The notes under the pieces are model-generated. The model saw nothing but the letters and a program-made list of their open reading frames with translations. It made no database searches and was not told the origin of the DNA. This document shows, one piece after another, positions 1 to 6,338 of a stretch of DNA of 14,318 nt (the first letter of the stretch is position 1; every line of letters begins with the position of its first letter). The position numbers were made by a program, and so were the translations under genes. The DNA comes from Oligoflexus sp. (lineage in GTDB: Bacteria > Bdellovibrionota_B > Oligoflexia > Oligoflexales > Oligoflexaceae), in assembly GCA_041736305.1 (NCBI GenBank), contig JBGSTX010000173.1:1-14318 (forward strand), written 5' to 3'.

Positions 1-2708
1 ATCACCAGCACCGAGTTGCCAGCATCAACCAGTCGCTGCAGTACCTGCAGTAGCTGCGCGATATCGTGGAAGTGCAGGCCAGTGGTCGGTTCGTCGAGTA
101 TGTAGAGGGTGCGGCCAGTGTCCCGCTTGGCGAGTTCACGAGCTAGCTTAATGCGCTGCGCTTCACCCCCTGAGAGAGTCGTCGCCGACTGGCCGAGTTT
201 AACATAGGACAGACCTACCTCCATCAAAGTATCGAGTATGCCGACGATGCGAGGATGATTCTGAAAATGCTCGCGCGCTTCCCGCACAGAAAGATTCAAG
301 ACATCGGCAATCGACTTACCGCGATGCAGTATCTCACGGGTGGTTTCATTGAACCGCAGGCCTTTACAAGCTTCGCAGGGGACGAAAACGTCGGCAAGAA
401 AGTGCATTTCAACCTTGATGAAGCCATCACCCTGGCAAGGCTCGCAGCGCCCGCCTTTGACATTGAAGGAAAAGCGGCCCTTGGTGTAACCCCGTACCTG
501 CGATTCAGGCAAGAGCGCATAGAAATCGCGGATAAAATCAAAAACCTTCGTATAGGTAGCTGGATTGCTCCGCGGCGTGCGACCAATCGGCTTCTGATCT
601 ATGTTGATGATCTTATCGATATGCTCGAGTCCGCGGATTTTCCGATGAGAACCCACTTCGACATCGGCATTGTGCAAACGACGGGCTATAGCAGGATAGA
701 GGATATGATTGATGAGCGTCGACTTGCCAGCGCCTGAGACACCGGTGACCGCCGTCAAAGTCTTGAGAGGAAATTCCACATCGATATTCTGCAGATTGTT
801 GGCCGAAGCCCCTTCGATCACGATACTGAGCGCGGGATCCCGCGCGCGCCTCGTCTCTGGCATCGGAATCTGTTTGGCGCCGCTGAGGTACTGCCCGGTC
901 AGCGATTCTCGGTGCGTAAGCAAATCTGGGTAGCGTCCCTCAGCAACGATGGTCCCTCCCTCGACACCAGCCCCGGGGCCGAAGTCGACGATCCAATCAG
1001 CCGCTTCTATCGTCTCCTCGTCATGCTCAACGACGATCAAGGAATTGCCTAGATCACGGAGGTGCTGCAGGGTACTGAGCAGCTTCTGATTGTCACGCTG
1101 ATGTAAGCCGATCGAAGGCTCATCAAGAATGTAAAGGACTCCTGTCAACTCGGAACCGATCTGCGAGGCCAAGCGAATGCGCTGCGCTTCGCCACCCGAG
1201 AGAGTAGGACCCCGACGATCGAGAGTCAGATAGGAGAGCCCGACGTTGACCAAAAATCCTACTCGGCTGTGAATCTCCTTCATCAGCTCTTGTGCGATGG
1301 CCTTCTGCGAGCTTGAAAGCTCGACTTCGGCGAGAAAGCGCTTCGCGTCTTCGATAGACAGACGACAAAGATCCATGATCGATTTGCCCGCGACGCGCAC
1401 GGCCAGGACTTCAGGCTTGAGCTTTTGGCCCGCACAGACCTCGCAAGCCTGCGAGGACATGTAGCGCTGATACCACTCCTTCATCCCCTCCGACTGCGTG
1501 GCTAGATAACGGCGCATCATAGAGTTCAGGATGCCTTCGAACTCAAACTGCCAGGTGCCCTTGCTCTTGGCCCCCTTGAATTTAACTGTGAGAGCTTTGC
1601 TCCCTTCGCCATGCAAAATAAGATTCTGAACTTTCTTACCGAGCTTGTCCCAGGGCTTATCGAAGTTGATTCCCCACTGCTTCTGCATAGCCGTAAAACG
1701 TTCTTGGCTCCAGCTCCCGTCTTTGTCATCCCCGCCGTTCTTGAAGTAATTAGCCCAGGGCAGTACCGCTCCCTGTCTAATCGTTAGAGACTTGTCCGGA
1801 ATAACCTTGTCGGGATCCATGGCGACTACCGTGCCGAGACCATTGCAGGTCGGACACATTCCGAGCGGAGAGTTGAAGGAGAAGAGGGGCGGCTCGAGCT
1901 CTGGATAGGCTATGCCGCAGCAACTGCGCTCTTCACTCATGCGTTGATCGCGGCCCCCCTCGGTATGGATAATCAAGGACCCTTGAGCTCGTTTGAGAGC
2001 AGTCTCGACCGAATCGGTCAAACGTTGTCTGAAACTTGCCGTCGACTTGATCACAAGACGATCGATGAGCACCTCGATAGTATGCTTCTTATGCTTCGCC
2101 AGATCCTGAACGTCTTCGAGGCGTACTACAGAACCATTGACGCGAACCCGCTCGTAGCCTTCACTCTGCAGGGATTCAAGGACGTCTTTATGAATACCCT
2201 TTCTGTGCTCGATGATGGGAGCGAGGATCAGGATTTTGCTGTCGACAGGCAACTCCATGATCTGCTGTACCATACTCGCGGCATCGCCACGACCGACTTT
2301 TTTCCCGCACTTATAGCAGAACTGCACCCCGATGCGGGCATAGAGTACCCGGAGATAATCGTAGACTTCGGTAATCGTTCCGACTGTTGAACGAGGGTTT
2401 TTGCTCGCCGACTTCTGTTCAATCGATATTGTCGGGGCCAGACCCCGAATTGACTCGTATTTGGGCTTGTCCATCTGCCCGAGAAACTGCCGGGCATAGG
2501 ATGAAAGAGATTCGACGTAGCGGCGCTGCCCCTCGGCAAAAATAGTATCGAAAGCCAGACTCGACTTACCCGAGCCAGAGACCCCGGTGAAAACCACGAG
2601 CTTTTTCTTAGGCAGCGAAACTGTCACATGCTTGAGATTATGTTCCTCGGCGCCTTTGACATATAAAACATCGCTTTCTTGAGTCGAAGTGGGAGGAGGC
2701 TGTGCCAT
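1..2708 (-). CDS. uvrA: Excinuclease ABC subunit A (UvrA), 3' end truncated by the window edge (902 codons visible)
   Basis: Manual translation from ATG 2708 (SD TAAGGA upstream): MAQPPPTSTQESDVLYVKGAEEHNLKHVTVSLPKKKLVVFTGVSGSGKSSLAFDTIFAEGQRRYVESLSSYARQFLGQMDKP (Walker A), FSFNSPLGMCPTCNGLG zinc motif, and the same frame at the left edge reads TLYILDEPTTGLHFHDIAQLLQVLQRLVDAGNSVLV (second Walker B). The track lists no ORF from 2708, consistent with no stop before the edge. Confidence 0.98.
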   Translation of the reverse strand, partial: MAQPPPTSTQESDVLYVKGAEEHNLKHVTVSLPKKKLVVFTGVSGSGKSSLAFDTIFAEGQRRYVESLSSYARQFLGQMDKPKYESIRGLAPTISIEQKSASKNPRSTVGTITEVYDYLRVLYARIGVQFCYKCGKKVGRGDAASMVQQIMELPVDSKILILAPIIEHRKGIHKDVLESLQSEGYERVRVNGSVVRLEDVQDLAKHKKHTIEVLIDRLVIKSTASFRQRLTDSVETALKRAQGSLIIHTEGGRDQRMSEERSCCGIAYPELEPPLFSFNSPLGMCPTCNGLGTVVAMDPDKVIPDKSLTIRQGAVLPWANYFKNGGDDKDGSWSQERFTAMQKQWGINFDKPWDKLGKKVQNLILHGEGSKALTVKFKGAKSKGTWQFEFEGILNSMMRRYLATQSEGMKEWYQRYMSSQACEVCAGQKLKPEVLAVRVAGKSIMDLCRLSIEDAKRFLAEVELSSSQKAIAQELMKEIHSRVGFLVNVGLSYLTLDRRGPTLSGGEAQRIRLASQIGSELTGVLYILDEPSIGLHQRDNQKLLSTLQHLRDLGNSLIVVEHDEETIEAADWIVDFGPGAGVEGGTIVAEGRYPDLLTHRESLTGQYLSGAKQIPMPETRRARDPALSIVIEGASANNLQNIDVEFPLKTLTAVTGVSGAGKSTLINHILYPAIARRLHNADVEVGSHRKIRGLEHIDKIINIDQKPIGRTPRSNPATYTKVFDFIRDFYALLPESQVRGYTKGRFSFNVKGGRCEPCQGDGFIKVEMHFLADVFVPCEACKGLRFNETTREILHRGKSIADVLNLSVREAREHFQNHPRIVGILDTLMEVGLSYVKLGQSATTLSGGEAQRIKLARELAKRDTGRTLYILDEPTTGLHFHDIAQLLQVLQRLVDAGNSVLV

Positions 2709-2744
2709 GAATGTGTTCCTTATCGAAAAGAGCGACAAGGGTTC

Positions 2745-2773
2745 ACCATACTTTTGTACAAAATAAATTGCCA
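2745..2773 (-). promoter_or_regulatory. Putative uvrA sigma70-type promoter with a palindromic operator-like site in the spacer
   Basis: Minus strand TGGCAA-17 nt-TATGGT; perfect 12-bp palindrome TTTTGTACAAAA at 2752-2763 lies in the spacer. Confidence 0.35.
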
Positions 2774-2846
2774 GCTTGTTTTTCCCTTTGGAGCCTGGGC
2801 CGATGCGAGATATTCCTAGGTAAGAAGACTATTCGGAAGGCCATTT

Positions 2847-3695
2847 ATGTATGCGTTTATGAAGGCGCTTTGTCGCTAGTGCTGCCAGTTTTCGGCGTCA
2901 GCTCTCCTCGCTTTTGCTGATGCCTTAACCTTTCTCGCCTTTGATGTCCTGCGGTTTCGGCGGACCCTGCTGCTGAAGAACCTCGTCTGTGCGTTCGGAG
3001 AAAGCAAAAGTCTGAAGGAGCGGACGTGGATAGCGCGGGAGTCAGTCCGCAACTTCATCGTCACTATGCTCGAGATGATGTCGATGCAGCGCTATCCGCT
3101 GACTGCTCAAGTCAAAGTCGAAGGCGGCGAGCATTTGCGTGAAGCTTTGAGCCGCGGACAAGGGGTGTATGTCCTCTGTTTTCACATGGGGAACTTCGAG
3201 GCTATGGCTGCAACTATCACGCAGCAATTCGCCCCTGCCCATGCCGTCATGAAACGGGTGGGTTCGAAGGGCATGACGCGATTTATTGAGGAATATAGGC
3301 GCGGTTATGGATTGAAATGGATCAAACGTCAGCAGAAAGGAGATGGATTCCGAGCCATCCGCGACTTGCTTGCGCGCAACGAAATCTATGGTTTTATTAT
3401 CGATCAAGCCCGACCCGGTGAGCCGCGCCTGCCCTTCTTCAATCGACCAGCGAAGACCAACACGAGCTTGGCGGCCATCTGGCGCAAAACACCTGCTCCC
3501 ATCGTTCCTTGTTACATTTATCGCACTGCTTTCGCCAAGCACGTGCTCGTTGTGAAACCGACCCTTGAACTGCCGCTGACCGATGATCCCGCAAAGGATA
3601 TCCTCACCCATTCGCAGATTTTCAATGAAGTCGTCGAGTCGTGCGTGCGGGAAAAACCAGAGCAGTACCTCTGGCTGCACAATCGCTGGAAGTAA
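2847..3695 (+). pseudogene. lpxL: Lipid A biosynthesis (lauroyl) / lysophospholipid acyltransferase, LpxL/HtrB family, interrupted by an in-frame TAG at 2877-2879
   Basis: SD GGAAGG (2835-2840) 6 nt before ATG 2847; the frame reads MYAFMKALCR*CCQFSASALLAFADALTFLAFDVLRFRRTLLLKNL and joins the 3066-3695 ORF in frame. Family motifs are intact: HMGNFE (catalytic H-x4-E), IIDQ, PFF, PEQYLWLHNRWK. The family call is strong; pseudogene versus sequencing error is unresolved and the lpxL orthology is family-level only. Confidence 0.85.
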
Positions 3696-3718
3696 GAAAT
3701 TGCTGCAAGCCGCTTTCC

Positions 3719-4612
3719 CTAAAAGCTGCGTTCGAGCAGGCGGTTCGCCATGGATTCGAGGGCAGCTCGTCGGCCGCCAAAGCTCGAAAGAGCATCCAAT
3801 GCTTCGGCAGTGAGTCGTTTGGCTCGCTCGCGAGCCGCATCTGCGCTCATGAGGGATAGATAGGTGAGCTTGCCGATCGCCTGATCTTTGCCAGGCGTTT
3901 TGCCAATGCCGGCTCCGTTGTCGAGCAGATCATCGACGATCTGGAACACCAAACCGATTCGTGATCCAAACTGTTCGAGCCTTTCCAGATCGTCGCTGGA
4001 AGCCCCGGCAGCATATGCTCCCAAGAGGCAGGCGGCTTCGATCAAACGTCCCGTTTTATTCTGATGGATCGTATCGAGATCCTCTTGGGTATAACCCGAG
4101 CGTCCGGTCCACTTGAGATCGAGCGCCTGGCCTTGCACCATGCCGCGGCCACCACTGGCTCTGGCTAGAATGCGCAGCATTCCTGCCTTTGCTTCAGCCG
4201 GAAAATCGGCGTCCGCCAAAATAAAAAAAGCATCGGTAAGTAGGGCGTCTCCAACTAGCAAAGCCGTGGCCTCATCAAAGACTTTATGGGTCGTAGCACG
4301 GCCACGCCGTAGATCATCGTCGTCCATGCAGGGTAAATCATCGTGCACGAGACTGTAGGTATGTATCCATTCGAGAGCGAGCGCTGGAGCTAAAACATTT
4401 TGCGGTTCAGCCCCACACATATAAGCACTAGCTAGAGTGAGCAGCGGGCGGATATATTTGCCCTTGCCATCTAAGGCATAGCGACAGGCAGCATGCAAAG
4501 GAAGACTATCGTAGTGGGGATAGAGGCGAGCCGAAACTTTGCCTATCTCGTTTTGTAGCTGCTTGTGCCAAAGATCCAAACCCATTTCGCTTGCCGACCA
4601 ACTACTCACCAT
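3719..4612 (-). CDS. ispA: Short-chain polyprenyl diphosphate synthase (farnesyl/geranylgeranyl diphosphate synthase)
   Basis: GKYIRP, FARM TYSLVHDDLPCMDDDDLRRG (aromatic Tyr five residues before FARM), GQALDL, KTG, SARM FQIVDDLLD, GKTPGKD. Start moved from 4693 to ATG 4612, which has AGGAGG upstream. Confidence 0.93.
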   Translation of the reverse strand: MVSSWSASEMGLDLWHKQLQNEIGKVSARLYPHYDSLPLHAACRYALDGKGKYIRPLLTLASAYMCGAEPQNVLAPALALEWIHTYSLVHDDLPCMDDDDLRRGRATTHKVFDEATALLVGDALLTDAFFILADADFPAEAKAGMLRILARASGGRGMVQGQALDLKWTGRSGYTQEDLDTIHQNKTGRLIEAACLLGAYAAGASSDDLERLEQFGSRIGLVFQIVDDLLDNGAGIGKTPGKDQAIGKLTYLSLMSADAARERAKRLTAEALDALSSFGGRRAALESMANRLLERSF

Positions 4613-4767
4613 AACCAAACCCTCCTGCGCAAAGTCATTACACCAAAGCTGAGGGAAAATCACAATGCTTTTGCCCGGGCAAGGCCTTTTCATCTAATTT
4701 TTGCACAAGAAGAAATCGAGCCTAAGTGGCTAGAGAAAAGACCTAGAGCCTTCTCGCCAGATACTCC

Positions 4768-4796
4768 TTGACTCAAAAAATATGCTTATAGATGAT
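4768..4796 (+). promoter_or_regulatory. Putative sigma70 promoter upstream of the Hpt gene
   Basis: TTGACT (4768-4773), 17-nt AT-rich spacer, GATGAT (4791-4796). Confidence 0.35.
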
Positions 4797-4867
4797 CACA
4801 GGCAAATAGCTTTGGTAGGCAGGTAGACCTTCGGTCCACAAGCTAACTTTCCGAACCGGGGAGTTTT

Positions 4868-4945
4868 ATGCGAGAAAGCCGGCGAAATGAACCAAGCTTC
4901 CCTATTCATTTGATCATTTTAACTGAGAAAAGAGGGTGGAGATGA
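4868..4945 (+). CDS. Candidate 25-aa upstream ORF / small protein (MRESRRNEPSFPIHLIILTEKRGWR)
   Basis: GGGGAG at 4858-4863, 4 nt before ATG 4868; its TGA (4943-4945) overlaps the Hpt ATG at 4942 (ATGA). No homology evidence. Confidence 0.3.
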   Translation: MRESRRNEPSFPIHLIILTEKRGWR

Positions 4946-5325
4946 TTGCTTCCGAAGAATCAGCACCTATCGTCGATATGTCGATTTTGCAGGGTCTGAG
5001 GGCCTATGCAAGAAGCGCAGCATTTCTTCCGCAACTTATTGATATTTTTGAAGAACATGGGAGAAACTCTCTAAACGAACTCCGTTCGGCCCTCTCCGGT
5101 CAGGATCTGGATGCGGTTCGGCGTGTCGCGCATCGCTTCAAGGGAAGCTGTCTCAATATGGGGGCTCAAGCTTTGGCGACAGAGCTGCGTCGCTACGAAT
5201 TGGGACAGTTTGAAAATATGAGCGACAGTCAGATGAAATGGCCTGAAAAGGATGTCGAAGTGGCATGTGAAAATCTCTCTCACCTTTTTGAAGCTACCTG
5301 TAAGTGCCTCAAATCAGTGCACTAA
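4942..5325 (+). CDS. Stand-alone histidine phosphotransfer (Hpt) domain protein
   Basis: AHRFKGSCLNMGA matches the Hpt H-x-x-K-G-S-x-x-x-x-G-A motif in a ~127-aa helical-looking protein. ATG 4942 with AGAGG 6 nt upstream is preferred over GTG 4936. Confidence 0.88.
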   Translation: MIASEESAPIVDMSILQGLRAYARSAAFLPQLIDIFEEHGRNSLNELRSALSGQDLDAVRRVAHRFKGSCLNMGAQALATELRRYELGQFENMSDSQMKWPEKDVEVACENLSHLFEATCKCLKSVH

Positions 5326-5338
5326 GCAAAAGAGTATG

Positions 5339-5365
5339 CCAACTTTTTGCATTTCGAGCCGATGA
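5339..5365 (+). promoter_or_regulatory. Putative sigma28 (FliA)-type promoter upstream of the PilZ-like gene
   Basis: CCAACTTT-N11-GCCGATGA versus consensus TAAAGTTT-N11-GCCGATAA (5/8 and 7/8, exact spacing). Confidence 0.4.
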
Positions 5366-5384
5366 GGATTGGCAAGGAGCTGGC

Positions 5385-5423
5385 ATGTTGCTTTGCTCCT
5401 TTAGGTCGAAAGTCATCTGGTAA
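5385..5423 (+). CDS. Candidate 12-aa leader peptide (MLLCSFRSKVIW) with hairpin-sequestered SD
   Basis: AAGGAG (5374-5379) 5 nt before ATG 5385; TAA 5421-5423 ends 2 nt before TTG 5426; AAGGAGC pairs with GCTCCTT (5395-5401). Confidence 0.3.
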   Translation: MLLCSFRSKVIW

Positions 5424-5425
5424 GA

Positions 5426-6199
5426 TTGATGATTCATTTCCAACGCAGTTTCCTCCAGAAGCTGCGGAGCGCTCTCTCGAGTCTCCGTGCTCGTCCGCGA
5501 TTGGGGGATATTTTTGCGGATCCGCCGCATAGCAGCCGCCGACGCTTTCACCGGCATATGTTGGAAAGCAGCGCCCGAGTCACTTTTACAGTTAACGAAG
5601 AAGTTTTCAGCGTCATCGATATAGGCTACGGCGGAGCTCGCATCGCAATCGAGAACAGCAGTCGCTTTCGCGAGCAATTTGCTCTCGATCATTCTTTCAG
5701 TGGTCGCTTCAATATCATCGGCTCACGCTACGAGCTGCGGGTGAAAGTAATCGGCATCGGCGAAGAATCAGCCAGCCTAGGCTTTGATGATTTGAATGCG
5801 ATCGACCAAGCCTTTCTCAGCAGCGTACTCTACTTTATGGATGCCGGAATTCTCCTCAAAGCTGTCCCGAAGCACAGCGTAAACAATTATTATCGGCAGC
5901 CGCAGTGGCTTTCTTACGGAGGGATCCGCGGCAATATAGAAGTTCATTTGCATCTCGATGAGGAAGGGATGGTCGACGAGGCCCATGTCTTCTATATGCG
6001 AGGTTTCAAGCAGGATTACGCCCTCTTTTCTGCAAAAGGCGTGGCGGTTACATCGCGTCCCGCCCGCGAGTTGGACCTGCGCGAGAAGCGCCAGATTCTC
6101 ATGCAGGTGCTCTGCGTACTCGTAGGACTTCGGCAGATCGGTAAAACACAACGCCTCGATCGCATCATTGCACAGGGTCTCACAAAGCTTAAGGCTTGA
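5426..6199 (+). CDS. PilZ-like (putative c-di-GMP-binding) protein with an uncharacterised C-terminal domain
   Basis: RRRFHR (RxxxR) followed about 20 aa later by VIDIGYGGARI (DxSxxG-like, Ser replaced by Gly), a beta-rich segment and a LGF end-of-barrel pattern. Start is TTG 5426 or ATG 5429. Confidence 0.7.
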   Translation: MMIHFQRSFLQKLRSALSSLRARPRLGDIFADPPHSSRRRFHRHMLESSARVTFTVNEEVFSVIDIGYGGARIAIENSSRFREQFALDHSFSGRFNIIGSRYELRVKVIGIGEESASLGFDDLNAIDQAFLSSVLYFMDAGILLKAVPKHSVNNYYRQPQWLSYGGIRGNIEVHLHLDEEGMVDEAHVFYMRGFKQDYALFSAKGVAVTSRPARELDLREKRQILMQVLCVLVGLRQIGKTQRLDRIIAQGLTKLKA

Positions 6200-6237
6200 G
6201 CTGATTAACTCCCACCAGAGATAAGTAAACACCCTAT

Positions 6238-6251
6238 AGAAAAGCTTTTCT
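6238..6251. promoter_or_regulatory. Perfect 14-bp palindrome, possible transcription-factor operator
   Basis: AGAAAAGCTTTTCT in the intergenic region upstream of the hydrolase. The palindrome is certain; the function is a guess. Confidence 0.3.
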
Positions 6252-6338
6252 TGCAGAATAGCAGCGCTCCGGCTAGGTTTAGCGCAAAGCCTGAGTATGG
6301 CATGGCTGCCACCACACTATCAGCAGGAAAAGCGAATT

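Noticed and set aside
255..2539. Track ORFs inside uvrA (e.g. 255-737 +, 1944-2390 +, 296-586 -, 2228-2539 -)
   Set aside because: Antisense or off-frame shadows of the continuous uvrA frame; no recognisable motifs.
2780..2806. GCCGATGC as a sigma28 -10 for the acyltransferase
   Set aside because: No -35 match at the required spacing (TTTTCCCT).
2877..2879. Genome-wide TAG reassignment or pyrrolysine
   Set aside because: TAG terminates ispA, the hydrolase and cobC at plausible C-termini; no pyl genes or suppressor tRNA in the window.
3042..3859. ORFs 3042-3680 (-), 3343-3555, 3583-3813, 3622-3840, 3641-3859
   Set aside because: Overlap the acyltransferase or ispA; no independent support.
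4613..4693. 27-aa N-terminal extension of ispA in the track
   Set aside because: AGGAGG precedes ATG 4612 and gives a typical ~297-aa enzyme.
4797..4880. c-di-GMP-I (GEMM) riboswitch or SRP RNA suggested by CACAGGCAAA and GCAGG
   Set aside because: Lacks the GNRA-capped P2 and the GACGCAAAG junction of GEMM-I, and lacks the GGAA loop and AGCAG of SRP.
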